Of a stretch of DNA of 64,000 nt, positions 27,034-41,056 are shown in pieces. Under the pieces are notes generated by a model. That model searched no databases. It had not been told where the DNA came from and saw only the letters and a list, made by a program, of their open reading frames with translations. This DNA is from Eledone cirrhosa (Eukaryota), in contig OZ024743.1 in NCBI GenBank assembly GCA_964016885.1, positions 157,666,001 to 157,730,000 on the forward strand, written 5' to 3'. How positions within the stretch are numbered: position 1 is the stretch's first letter; the number at the start of each line of letters is the position of its first letter. Both the position numbers and the translations under genes were made by a program.

Positions 27034-27900
27034 TGTAACACTGTTGTCATCATGAATACAGATTACTATAAAGATCCGGCATTTAAAATGTTAGAAAACA
27101 ATAGTTACTATGAAAAACTACCCAGCTACAAACAATAAAAAATAATGCAAAATCTTCTAACTTTGCTAAATAAGTACCGCAAAGGTCTCACCGCGAAAGA
27201 CATCGACTACATAAGCCACTTCAAATGAAAAACTAGCATGTACTTTGGCCTACCGAAAATACACAAATGCATAATGATAAATGGCGTTTGTACAACCTCG
27301 ACAACCAAATACATCCAGTTAACATTTAAAGCTCGGTTCAATTATAGAAGGCCCCTCGTGTGAAACATAGAGACTAGGTAACTTCTTGTACATCCTTTTA
27401 AAGCCCTACCTAAAATGTGTGCAGAGTTATATATGAGATGATCTAGACATACTCAATCATTTCCCCCAAAAGTGTAAGTGAGCACCAATTTTTGTTCCCT
27501 TCGATGTTGTCAACTTATACACGAACATGCCCATGACTGTGGAATAACAGCAATTGAATAGTAGCTAGACACACACAATTCTGAATTACCAGCACTCATT
27601 AAAAAGGATTTCATCTTTGATGATCGCAGATTGATTCTACAAAACAATTATTTTTGTTCACTAGATCTACGTATCGACAACTATCAGAAACCGCAATGGG
27701 CACAAAATAGCCCCTACATACGCCAGTTTAGTCATAGTATTTCATAAATTCATGAACAAAAGATTTACAGTCAATCTCTTCTACATTTTGGAGACACATT
27801 TCACACACAACTAAAAAACAATTGGAAAAAGTACCTGGGTGATTGATTTATCTTATGGCAGGAAAACTTTGCTACACTTATAGAATTCGAAAATGCACTG
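27034..27900 (+). mobile_element. Penelope RT (continuation of 19900-20630)
   Basis: VVIMNTDYY, FGLPKIHK, FDVVNLYTN, TAMGTK, WKKYLGD; stops and frameshifts. Confidence 0.85.
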
Positions 27901-28440
27901 TCGTAGCATAGAAACAAAGTTCCAAATATTTAATATTTAATTATGTTTATGTTTTCACCCCAATAGAATAAGTTACATTTCGAGCATATATAAGGAACAA
28001 ATATTTGAGCCAATGCCGTACATTTACTTTTTCATATATTAAAGTTGTTTATCAGGAATAACCCATCTATTGATTACAGGAATGATTAATTTGTATATGA
28101 TCAAACGCTTTGAAATCGAATCAGATTGCTTATTAGATTATGCAGGACAGAACAAAGGGGTTTCAACATTTTCACTCAAAGTTAAGTGTATCTGGCAAAA
28201 AAAAAAAAACTGGAAAAATTATTGGCTTTCGGATTCTTTATGATACTACACAAACAGCTGTGCCAAAAGCTTCTAGTGTAGATGAAACAGCTTTTTCGAC
28301 ACTCCTATTAATCTAAGTATGACTAAAAATGCAGTCATATCTCAGGCTTCTTCAAATCAAATACTCCCTTGTATAGATGCCAGCCCATTTTTTTTTCGCT
28401 TTCTTTCACACTCTCACTCCCCCATCCCCCCATCTCTCTT

Positions 28441-28510
28441 TTTCTTCTTCTTCTTCTTCTTCTTCTTCTTCTTCTTCTTCTTCTTCTTCTTCTTCTTCTT
28501 CTTCTTCTTC
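28441..28510. repeat. (CTT)n microsatellite
   Basis: Read directly. Confidence 0.95.
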
Positions 28511-29058
28511 ACTTTTCCTATTTAAAAGACTTTTTCCAACGCAAATTCAAGATGACCGCTTTTTCTATAAATACACAATTCAAAACCCTTTAGCAATGGC
28601 GTTTGAATAGCTCGGTGTCATTTAACAAGCTTCAGATACAGTCGTGGTACTACTAATGAAAACATTTTATGGCTTAATTTGAGGAAGCCTTCGAGACTTG
28701 TGGGGAATAGGAAAAGGAAACCCTGAAAGGAACCTCAAATACTGTTTAGAGAAACCAAATACACGAAGACAAACATACGAAGGCGATCAATAAAATTGAA
28801 ACATTGAAACATTAAAATATTGATGTTTACCCGTACCCCGAGGTTTCAATTCAGCCAATCTATTAATTGAATATAATAAAAATTACTAATTAACAGTTAA
28901 TTACGATGTAATTTTAGGATTGGCAAGTCTCATACGCGGGTGGGCATTTTGCCTTATATATATATATACGTATATAAATCAATCTGGGATCTCAGAAGCA
29001 AATATTTCGAAAAACGTGTATGTTCTTTGTAGAAATATTCAGGTGTTGCTTCTGCATG

Positions 29059-29122
<64 letters not shown>

Positions 29123-29130
<8 letters not shown>

Positions 29131-30125
29131 AAAAGTTTAGTAGAAATATCCAAGGGTAAGAGCACTCAGTCCATAGGACGAGGTTGGTATAAATAGTAAC
29201 AACAGTGATATAAACAGGTACTTAAGTTTCGTTGGATTCCAGACCCGAAATCATTCAATATGTCATAAGAAAAATAAAAACAAAGATAGGCGCCAGAGGT
29301 TGAGGGTGGTTTTCTTTCAGAAAAATGACTTGAGAGTTTAAACAAAGGCAGGTAATTTAGAAATTAGTTTTAAAAATTATTTTGAAATTATGAGCAAAGA
29401 ATGTGAGGTCGAGGGAGGTAGCTCTTGTAACACCATAGTCAAGATTGAAGAAAAACATTTGTTTTCCAGCTGACTCAAAGAATCCAATTTCCTTGATATA
29501 CAAAATAGTCAGTAAATAAAAGTATACTCTTACACCTGTTAGTCAGGTCTAAGCCATTTACTCAGAATATGCTTCATTTCATGACAGCGGCTAAAGCAGT
29601 CAAGCTGTGTATTGAGGCAGTGTTTATCTGAAGCTAGATGTGAGAGTATATTCCATTTTTCCAAGTGACAATGGCGACTAAATGTTGTCCCATTAACATA
29701 GGTGGTAGATCTTTCTAATATACTCAATTTGATGGGAAAAGGTGTGTCGTTATTCTTAAGGCTTAATTCTTACATGATTTGCGAGATGGGAGGCATGTTT
29801 TTGTCAGGATGCCTGAAGGTTGTTTCGTGATTCAAGTAGTGGTTTTTAAATAGGCTTTCCGACATACCGACATAGATCCAGGCTTCAGTTTGTTGGTTCT
29901 GGTTGGAGGAGGTAACCTCTGCTTGATATATCACCGCCGGTGTGTTCCACTGTTTGTCTAGTGGGCATGTTTCTCGTTTTCCAGATGAGCATCCGTACAG
30001 TGGAGGGCTTTTGCATTTGACGGTGATGTAGGATTTAACATTTTTAGTGCATGAGTATCCTATTTTCACTGTATGATGATTGAATATCTTTCGGTATTTA
30101 TGGCGAACGGAGAAGTGGAGGTCTA
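29123..30125 (-). mobile_element. Penelope 3' end (GIY-YIG plus pLTR) abutting (TA)n
   Basis: KIGYSC, CPLD, VIYQAEV...YVGMSE, LEKWNI...LN; degenerate HHR remnant GAAA-CTTAAG-TA at 29215-29260. Confidence 0.85.
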
Positions 30126-31013
30126 TATATTATCCAACTAAAAATTAAAACAGAATTCATAGCATTTTGTTAGTCTTACGTTTCTACAACTGAAAAATCT
30201 TAAAGCTAAGGATAGTTCTCATTTTAGGAAGATATCACTGTATGGATGTAAATCCATATCAGTAACAGAAATATATCCCTACATGTATTAGTTTTTATTT
30301 CAAATTGTTTCCTCGGAGACTTAAAAAGGCATAAATCAACATAAATTTGAAAAGATGAGAATCTCTTAAAGATATTTAGATATTACAAGACCATACCAAA
30401 ATGAGAAAGATTTTCTAACTATCCCCGTCTTTATTTTTTTTTTTTTTCAGCTGTGCAAACGTACGTAAGACTAATAACATGTTATAAATTCTGTTTAATC
30501 CCTTGGCTGGATTATTACTTATTATTTATACTCTGTGACCTTAAACTGTATTTAGATTATTTACCTTATGGATTACACTTCGGTGAATTGGTTCATTATA
30601 TTATATCTATCAAAGAGATGCTTCCCTGTGCCAAAAACCTATCCATGCAGGCTCACTGCCTTATTCCCAACACAGGCATGCGTTTGTGGGCATACCTTCT
30701 CTAGCAGATAGAGAGCACTGAATGCAATGGATACTACATCGGTAGCAAAATTCAGTACTTGCCAATGGACAAGTCGCTATTCGGTATTTGCCATCTCTTC
30801 GTGGAACTAAAGTCCAAAGTATTTATTTCTATGTTTCTCTTTTTGGTTACGCTGCTGCGCACCACGTTTTCATCTCTTCCAAACCAGCGTATTAGTTTGT
30901 AGCATTTGTTTGGCTTATATGTGTGATTTTTCGAAAGGTACATTTATCCTGTGTCTCGCTGTTTTGTTCTGTTATCCTCCCATTTGCACTGGAATAAATA
31001 CTCTTCAAATTAA

Positions 31014-31200
31014 TTGCTTCTATTTTAGGCACAAGACCAGCAATTACCCAGTACATTACTGGTACTTTATTTTATCGACTCCGTAAGGATGAAAGGCAAA
31101 GTTAACCTCGGCGGGATTTGAACTCAGATCCTAAAGGGACGTAACTCTATACTTCAAATCATGGTGTCCGACTCTCTACCGATACTGCCAATCTACCGCC
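31014..31200 (-). mobile_element. SINE family A with 11-bp TSD
   Basis: cttcaaattaa at 31003-31013 and 31201-31211. Confidence 0.9.
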
Positions 31201-33464
31201 CTTCAAATTAACGCACCGAAACTATAAGGATTTCCAAAAGTTGACTGAAGAGAATGGACTGTCCATTTTTTCCGTTACCTTTATCGTGGGGTCCCCTTTT
31301 TTATTGTTTTTCTAAAAATAGACATTACACTGTCTACAATCTATATTCCCCCTTTCCTCTGACAATCTTTTTTTCTCTCTATCTTTCAATTTCCATCTCT
31401 CTCACTCAACCTCCTGCCTCAACCTCTTCTTCTTCCCTCTACTTCCTGTGTACACACGACCTCAGTTTACTCTGTGCTTTCTCATTGGAAGCCTACAGTC
31501 CAAATTATCTATTTCTATTCTTCTTATCTTGGCTAAGCTGTTCCACACCACGTTATCATCTATTCCTTTTTAGATTCAAAAATATTGTTTTTTAGCATTT
31601 TGGTATTTTGGGAGTTTATTTGTGTAATTTGTCGAAAGGCACAATTTGTCCTAGGTCTCCCTATTTTGTTCTGTTGCTGTCCCATATGCACTGGATTGAT
31701 TATTCTCAACTTTAATTTACCGAAGCTATAAATTGATTGAATAGAAATATCTGGCCGTTTCATTCACTGTCTTTGTCTTTTTATACCTATTCTTAGCTAC
31801 GCGGATTTCATATGTAAAAATATATATGTGTGTGTGTGTGTGTGTGTGTATGTCTGTGCGTGTGTGTGTGTATGTGTGTGTGCGTGCGCGTGCGTGCGAG
31901 TGTGTATATATATATATATAAATATATATATAAAAGATATAAAGGAAGAGTGTGTATATATATATATAAAATAAGAGTGTGTATATATATATATATAAAT
32001 ATATATATAAAAGATATAAAGGAAGAGAGGGAAGGAAAGAAAGAAAAACGAGATACACATATATCTATTATAGATGTATGTATGCGTGATGTGCTTGTGT
32101 GTACACGTGTGCGTACACCATATCTCATTCAAATATTCAAATTCGTTATAAAATCCGATTAAAATGGTCAGTGGAAATAAATTATATCCATTAGTTTGCT
32201 CTGAAAAATTCAATAAAAACTTATTTGGTAACAAAAATTGCAATTATTTAAAACGTGGAATGTCGAATAGTATCTACGTTTCAAGTTAATCGTCTAGACT
32301 TATTTAGTCTTTGTGTCTAAACTGGAACACAGCCACATTTTGATACATCTTGTTGCTTGTGGAAATTATTGATTATCTTCTTTATGCGTGTTTTCTCTTT
32401 TGAATAATTTTCTCTTTTTAAAGATAGTACTGCGGTAAATATCGTTTGTGACAGTTGTAAGGAAACCTTACCCATAAACGGATTCAATTCAAAATCTATT
32501 ATTTCTTCATATTTAATATCAAAAAAGAAACCAGCATATTTTTGGTTGTTTTCTATTGTTGTTGTTGTTGTTGTTTTGTTGTTGCTTTTGTTATTTTTTT
32601 TTTTTTTTTTGCAAGAGCATAACTGATTTCAAGGTCCTAAAAGAGAAATCCCAACTTGAATAGTTATGAGCTGCGTCTTTTTGAAGAGACTCACTTGTCA
32701 AATTCTTTCACTGGCCTTATTAAAGCTGTTTTATAGCAGTTAATCATAGTCTCATATGAGCCATATTTGCTGCAATGCCTCCCGAACTCGTGAGTATTAT
32801 ACAATTTTCCATTAGTTACAACGACACAATGTACCATCGCAGATACAATACAATTTTCAGCATTTTGTCTGTCAATTTTTCGGTGAGACTAACTATATGT
32901 CATAAACAGCATTCACACCTTAATTGGAATAATCTGTTGATTTCTTCATTGATATCCCCTTTGTTTCAACAATTATATATTTCACCAGAACATAAGATAA
33001 TTTCACAAAATGAGGCTCATTGCTTCATCTGAAGAGAAGCACCGGCAAGTGTTATCTGTTGTAGTCGACATTTCTTATTTAAAATCCACGAGGAGGTATA
33101 ACCGTCATCGTAATCATAAACATAATGGTCAAAATATCCTGTGAGAGTTGCAATATCCTACAATTAACATCTAAATCCCTTTCAAATCACAACCTACCAT
33201 TTTACATGGGGCAATGTCGAATTAGATAGTGCAGTGCTACATAACACTAAAAGCCACGGATAGTTGTGCCTGGAATATCTTTAATGACAGGTCGGCCTGA
33301 TTGGGGCTGACAACAACAGGCGGGGTTATGTAAAACCTTTAAATGCGTGATGTTGTTTGGCACAAGATCAGTTATAAATTAATAGATATGTCAACAAATA
33401 TATTCGAGAGGAGCCACATCACTCTTATTTTATTATATATATATATGTGTAATGTAAGTATAAC

Positions 33465-34140
33465 GACCCAACCCAACGCGAGGAAGAGAGTTCGATCCCA
33501 TGATGTCGTGTGGTATAATCCTCCACATTGTGCTGGATTGCGTAATAATGTAGCTTTATTTTTATCATGGCACTTGACAAATGCTTCCCTAAGAAACATA
33601 GGTGTCATATGATATTCAATAGACACACTATAGTCAAGCTATCTTACTCCACGACTAGGACTCTAGCACAGAACATAGGTGCCATCAGCGCAGTAGATTA
33701 GCGAAAGTACAGAGCAATAGAAATAATGGAATGAAGGAATCCTTAACATCAATTCACCTGTCTATACCATTGGTGCCACACTGAAAGGTAGGACAGCCCA
33801 AATTACCCCTCCGGTGACTAACGTAATTATACACACTGCCCAGCAAGTGAATCAAGGTGCTAGCGGAACCCCGGGTAAATAACACCTATGTAATTGTCGG
33901 AACCCGGACTTATGACCTCTAAGGGGTGAATGCCTTAATATGAATATTGTTTATGACACTAAGGTTTCAATAACAACAAAATGTATATGTACTTGGATGC
34001 AACAGCTACTAAGTTTAAGGAAAGGTGGTATGACCACTCTTAGCAGAATAGATACGAAAAATAACACAGCTCTCTCGAAACTGAAGACTTAGATTCAGTA
34101 ACATATAATGTATTCCCTTTCATGGTCAATACTTAAATCC
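33465..34140 (+). mobile_element. Degenerate Penelope linker / GIY-YIG fragment
   Basis: RSHDVVWYNPP, IFNRHTI-KLSYS and later GIY-YIG remnants. Confidence 0.65.
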
Positions 34141-35390
34141 GCACAGCCATACAATTGTGGATTCGACATATGAGACTTGTGTACTGCTGAGGTCATTGAA
34201 ATAATAAGTAGAGGTAACTATTAATTTATAGAAGAAGAGACCTATTTCACACCTACAATCATCATCATAGATGAGACAAAACAGTTCTGAAAGCATATTG
34301 CTAGTTACTTTGCAATTCGGAATAATAGCCGAAGATTTATTATGCAACAACGCAGTTTATTACAGTCTAATCTTTAGACTCTAAAGCTTCGATAAGGTAA
34401 CTTATATAAATCATAGGATTTGGGATGATATATATTCATAGAGTTCTATTTACTAAAAACCACAGCTGTTTGGGCCCTCGTGTATTTATTTGCTTATGTA
34501 TTAAATAATTTAACTATTTAATTACTGAGCACACTTAGCCTCCAAAATGAGCTTACTTACTGTATTAAAATATAAGTCTCAGTTAAACATTAAATTAATA
34601 CATCATTCTTGTGTTGCGGATATGTGTCTAGATTTAGCGGTAGGGTACTGATGTCACACTACACATATACATACATACATTATTACATACGTACATTATT
34701 ACATATTTAAACTCTGGTATTGTTTATATGGTACTATATGTACAATATATGTGTACAATATTTCTTTGTGCACGTAAGTCTCATGTATAATATACGGACT
34801 TTTATTGAAACGTCTGGTGGTAATTATAATCATAAATTATACATTTTAAAAAAGCTTTTTAAGAAGGCTTTTTTGAAAATCATCTTTTAATGGTTATCTT
34901 TTTAAAGTCGCTCTTTAAGGGCTTTTATAAGCTTTTTTAGCGATGTTCCTTAGTAGTTTTTTTAAGAGTTGTTTTCTTGGTAGTTACTTTTGATCGATAC
35001 TTTTTATAGTTGTTTTCGATAATTTCTGAAATTTTAGGAGTAATCTGTGTCGTATGTATTGCACAGATACCGATCGATTTGTCCTTGCTTTCCTGCATGC
35101 TACTCACCCTTTGGCTTTTTCTTGATTTGCATAATTTTTCTTGATTTGCATAATTTTTTCTTTTATTTATTCTTACTATTATTCCATCCACCTTTTTTAT
35201 TCATCGATATATTTTATTTTATTCTGTTATTTTACTGTATATTATTTGTGTTATATTATTAACAGTTATTTCCTTGGTTATTGGTGTCCTGTAACCATAG
35301 CGGACTCTCTAGAGGTGCACTTTTATGTCCTTCATTATACTTTCACTTTGCATTGCTATAATGTATTTTATATTGTATTTTCCTTATATT

Positions 35391-35741
<351 letters not shown>

Positions 35742-36435
35742 GTTTGTACTCTTTTATTTTATTATTTTATATTTATTATATCTTAGAATTTTAAAATCTT
35801 GATATTTTGACAATACTTACTTTGTATTATCTTATACTATCCTTTATATATATGTTTTTTTAAGTTGCAAGTTTATTTGGGGTTTTATTTTTATTTTATT
35901 TTTTATTATATTTTACATTTGTATTTCTATTTGCCTTTAGTTTTACCTTTATTCTAAATTTTATTGCTTATTATATTTTACATACTCGACTTGATTTTGA
36001 TGTTGATAATACTCCCTTCGGTTCTCATAACCTATCACTTTTTTTCCACAACCAATCATTCTTCCTAGGTATAATCACGCTTCATATCTATGCTTTCACG
36101 TTTATATTCTAAGCCCCTAGCTATATATATTTGAAATCTTTCCCAACATTTTAATACGGCTTAAAAAGACACTCAAAAAGATTTTTAGTATAAAATGTTT
36201 AGATTATAAATTTTCGGACTATAAATTTTTAAAATAAAATCTCAATACATTCATTTTAGAACAGCAATATATTAAACTATATATATATATTTCCTATATT
36301 TCCTTGTTTTCTCCACAATCTTTCCATTTTTATCTTCATTCTATTTAAGTGTACAGCATCGTGATTCTATCGTTATCATTATTATTTGGCCTTGTGCCAA
36401 AAGTAGAAACAATTATTATCATTATTATTATTAAT

Positions 36436-36589
36436 AGCGATGGATTATCAGTATTGGTAGAGCACCAGACACCATGCTTAGCAGCATAGAGTTATGGCCC
36501 TTTACGTTCTTATTTCAAATCCCGCCAAGGTTAACTTTGCCTTTCATCCTTACGAGATCGATAAAATAAAGCACCAGTAATGTACTGGG
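36436..36589 (+). mobile_element. SINE family A
   Basis: ttcaaatcccgccaaggttaactttgcctttcatcc. Confidence 0.85.
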
Positions 36590-36860
36590 AATGAGACATT
36601 CCCAGCACCGTTATGTAACTACCCTTGCAAACAAGACCTGGCAACTAAGGGAAAGTAACCATCAATACACCCTGAAGTGGAAAAAATTATCAAACGCGCC
36701 CCCATATCGGAGTGGTATGAGAAGCTGTCGATTATGCGACCTTGAGCTGTTCCACATCTTAAGTTCGAAGAATAGGTTACTCAACAATAAAATCGAGAGA
36801 TCAATTTATTGTATCCATAGACTCAAAGAGAAATTTTCGCACTACAAATCGAACCCTTAA
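36590..36860 (+). mobile_element. Penelope GIY-YIG C-terminal fragment
   Basis: TTLANKTW...LKWK...CRLCDLELFHI...LLN...CIHR. Confidence 0.8.
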
Positions 36861-37083
36861 CCTCTTACTACCAACTGACAAACTGCATATACTTAGACTT
36901 TATACCCTCTTATATCTAAACCCTTTAATTACCCACAAAACCAATACATATATCCCCCCTTCTCCCTCATTCCTCTTCTATTTCTTCGTTTTCTTCCTTC
37001 CTTCCCCCTTCTTGGCTATCTTTTCTTTTCTTCCTTCTCATCCCCTTCTTTGCTTTTATTTTTGTCATTATTATCTTTATTTT

Positions 37084-37124
<41 letters not shown>

Positions 37125-37177
37125 AGTATGTATGTATACGTACATACATATATGTATACAGACGTACAGAAGCATGC

Positions 37178-37212
<35 letters not shown>

Positions 37213-37380
37213 TACACATATGCATACAGGTACACATACATATATGCACGCATCAGTTTAGCCGACGTTTATTATAACGCCTGCTTTGTTCGTTTGTTTG
37301 TCAACAAATCGAACAGCCTGAATTTATGCCATACGGTGTTAAGGCAACCACGTCACCTTTTTGTTCAACACTGACACAGG

Positions 37381-37425
37381 AACGATGTACTAGTTTCAAG
37401 CTTGTTAGCTATCATCAGCACCGTT
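37381..37425 (-). ncRNA. Minimal type I hammerhead
   Basis: aacggtg CTGATGA tAGCT aaca AGCTt GAAA CTAG TA catcgtt. Confidence 0.85.
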
Positions 37426-37659
37426 TACCCATCTGCCAGATAGTTGAACGTTCGAAAGTATATACTTTCCTTATGAAAATTAACGGCTGAGCAGCCTAAT
37501 TTGCATATTGAGTGAGTTAAATCGGTCAGGCATACCGAAAACGATAAGTTGAAAAAAATGAAAACGAAATTTCATTTCTCACTCTTAGTATGGCACTTAC
37601 TTAAATGTAAGTATGTATGTATACGTACATTCATATATGTATACAGACGTACAGTAGCA

Positions 37660-37718
<59 letters not shown>

Positions 37719-37877
37719 GCATACAGGTACACATACATATATGCACGCATCAGTTTAACCGACGTTTATTGTAACGCCTGCTTTGTTGGTTTGTTTGTCA
37801 ACAAATCGAACAGCCTGAATTTATGCCATACGGTGTTAAGGCAACCACGTCACCTTTTTGTTCAACACTGACACAGG

Positions 37878-37922
37878 AACGATGTACTAGTTTCAAGCTT
37901 GTTAGCTATCATCAGCACCGTT
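37878..37922 (-). ncRNA. Minimal type I hammerhead (identical copy)
   Basis: Same sequence as 37381-37425. Confidence 0.85.
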
Positions 37923-38011
37923 TACCCATTATAAGCAGGCGTTATAATAAACGTCGGCTAAACTGATGCGTGCATATATGTATGTGTACCTGGATGCATA
38001 TGTGTATATAG

Positions 38012-38074
<63 letters not shown>

Positions 38075-38187
38075 TGCTACTGTACGTCTGTATACATATA
38101 TGTATGTACGTATACATACATACTTATATTTAAGTAAGTGCCATACTAAGAGTGAGAAATGAAATTTCGTTTTCATTTTTTTCAACT

Positions 38188-38220
<33 letters not shown>

Positions 38221-38864
38221 ATGTGTGTGTATGTATATGTGTGTGTATATATATATATATATATATTTATCTCTTTATATCTCCCCCCTCTCTCCCTCTC
38301 TATCCATCCCTCCCACTATTATCTATTTAATTCTCTTTAACTCACTACACTCCACGACATGATGTCTGCTATCAAAACTGACGAAAGAATCCTTCCACCT
38401 CTACCCCTACCTCCACCTCAGTTTGTCATTTTACTTCCTACCTCTTCCCCCTTCCTCTCTCTCTATACTATGCCGTCTGTCCCCTCACCTCCTGATTCCT
38501 CTTTCTCTATACTAGTAAATACAATTCCAAATAAATGTTTTTCTCTATATATTAAGAATTATTTCAAGAGTAACTCACTATTTTGAAAATTTGGACTGTG
38601 AACAACAATTATAATTGAGTGGCTGCTATTTGCAGTATAGCAATATAAGGTTGTAAATACCTGGATTAAATCCTTCTCTTAATGCTTACCTGTGTTTTCT
38701 CTTTATACTTTATACTCCAAGATTGAACGGAATTCTTACAAACTTGTGGAGTTACCCTTAACCGTACGTTGAAACCATCCATGAAACTGGCTTTCTTAAC
38801 CAAAAACTGGATCACAATAAGCAATTTTTTGCTTCTCTAACTATATATATATATATATATATAT

Positions 38865-39129
38865 AACAAAATGGCGTAGGACAGAACAAAGGAGATGCAC
38901 AGAAACAAACAAAGAAAAGAATCCCCAGTCACTGAAGAGGTCACAGAGTGTGTGACGAAAGAACTATGACTATATATAAACAACTATCTGGTTGTGGAAC
39001 CAACCAACCAACCAGAAATTTATAAATTTATAAATTTATAAATTTATAAATTTGTAAATATATAATAAATTGAAGTGAAAGCAACTGGTGCGTGTGTTTC
39101 TTATTGGCAACATGACCCTCCCAAAGTAT

Positions 39130-39136
<7 letters not shown>
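38865..39136 (+). mobile_element. Solo pLTR between (TA)n tracts, with HHR at 38927-38971
   Basis: agtca CTGAAGA g GTCACA gagtg TGTGAC GAAA gaac TA tgact; ends tgaccctcccaaagtataacaat. Confidence 0.75.
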
Positions 39137-39213
<77 letters not shown>

Positions 39214-40193
39214 GAAAAAGAGATGTAGTAGGTAGAGAGGGAAGTAGAGAAAGTGAAATTATGCGTTCTCACTGGTATAAATTGCAGTTAAGTAAAAAAT
39301 GTACTAAGACGCCGATATCACGCAGACTCAACTGTATATTTTACATTAGGTGTACGTTTGTCTATGCGTGTTATATATTTTACACACCAGAATTATCCCA
39401 GTGGTTTGAAGAGCAGTCAAGTAAGAATCTATGTAGCTGCTCGAACAGCTAGAAATACTTACTAAATATCTCTCAAACCATACATAAGTGCCTAGAAAAG
39501 AACCCATTGTGTACTGTGCATGTAGTAAATAGACGAGATGGTCACTGCTGGAATACTTACCTTTATAAGTTTGCATGATCGGCGCTACCTGACGAAACAC
39601 CGAGGTACTTCTACCTGATAACACGATCTACTAAAATTAGCAACTAAACGTCTTTCAAATGACAATCTATCATATTCTGGGGCAATGTTACATTATATAT
39701 TTTAGGACACATAATACAAAAAACCACGTATAGCCATGGGTTGGAATACCATTACTGATATGTTACTTGGTTAGGGTTAACATGGGGCTAAACAACAACA
39801 TGTGTAATGGAGCGCCTATAAATGTGTAAAAATATATTTTAGGCGAGATCATATTTTTAGTTACATATGATTTTTTTTTCTGAAGTCAATCTCCGAAATG
39901 TTCTATTATATCTAAACCTACTGCTTGCCTAGTAATACGTACTGGTTATAGAAAGATATTTGGCAAGTAACGATACCTTATATTAACAACTATAAGTATT
40001 GCAATAATCTAAATCCAATTATATCGTGTTGCATGATTCTTATATTCCATGTTTATCAGGTATCCCCAAGCCTGTAGTTATTTTCGGTATATAACCAACG
40101 GCTAAATGAATTGTGATAGCCATTTGTCTTTCACTAAATGAAGAACACAACAAACGTTTTGATAATTTAGCGTAGTTTGGAGTGGTATTATTT

Positions 40194-40353
40194 AGGACGC
40201 CATGCTTTCCAGCATAGTTACGTCCCTTTGCGGTCTGAGTTCAAATCCCGCCGAGGTTAACTTTGCCTTTCATCCTTACGGGGTCGATAAAATAAAGTAC
40301 CAGTAATGTACTGGGTAATTGATGGCCTTGTGCCAAAAGTAGAAACAATTATT
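40194..40353 (+). mobile_element. SINE family A, 5'-truncated
   Basis: Matches the family consensus. Confidence 0.9.
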
Positions 40354-41017
40354 TAAAAATAAATTGACGTGTAGGAAATAGTTTCCAATCCGCATGATTT
40401 ATTGATCTATCTGTTCATTTATCTTCTCATTTTGTTGTTGAATCCATCAAAGTCGGGTTATATATCTACGTTTTGTGGTTGGTGCGTGTTTGTAAGAAAT
40501 GTAATGCATAATGGTTTGTTGCACGTAAGTTGTCACGTCACACACCACCCGTAATTCAAATATAGCCAACACGAGATGAATTCTGATTCTAGTACGATAT
40601 GGATTAAAAGAGAACGGTAACCTTCCGTTATGTTTTCAGTTCCTGACTGACAGTTGTAAACTGAAGGACACGCTAATTATATATTTAGTATAATATAGTA
40701 TGGGGTGATTTAATCTATTGTACTCTCCCACAAATGAGTGGACTGTGCTGATTATATTTTCAGTATTCTCACTATATTGAGCTATTTCTAATCATGTCAC
40801 TTGTCAACAGTTGAATACAGTATGCCAGCAAGTATTAAATGATTATTCTGCACGATCTTAGCTAACGTATGTATATATGTATATATATATATATATATAT
40901 ATTAATAAAAGGAATTCCAACTTTGTCTTATGTACTCGTTTTATTTACAATCCTTTAAAATTTATAATGGTATTAGAATGAAATAGTATGGTAGAATATT
41001 AAATGTTAAGTGTTAAT

Positions 41018-41056
41018 TGAACAAGTACTTTCATGCTTTCGCAATCTTCAGGTTCA
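41018..41056 (-). ncRNA. Minimal type I hammerhead in the pLTR
   Basis: tgaac CTGAAGA tTGC gaaa GCAt GAAA GTAC TT gttca. Confidence 0.85.

Larger units (their letters stand above)
37119..38188 (-). mobile_element. Retrozyme-like tandem element (~1.6 copies of a 497-nt unit) plus an inverted segment at 37930-38188
   Basis: 37119-37431 is repeated at 37605-37929; two identical HHRs lie 497 nt apart; no ORF. Confidence 0.75.

Noticed and set aside
30430-30472. Polypyrimidine-CAG followed shortly by GTAAG (possible micro-exon)
   Set aside because: Such signals arise by chance in T-rich DNA; cannot be supported without RNA-seq.
31240-31272. CTGAAGA followed by a hairpin
   Set aside because: No GAAA or stem III follows. 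Similar incomplete cases at ~4900, ~6803, ~12330, ~50790 and ~51375 were also not counted.
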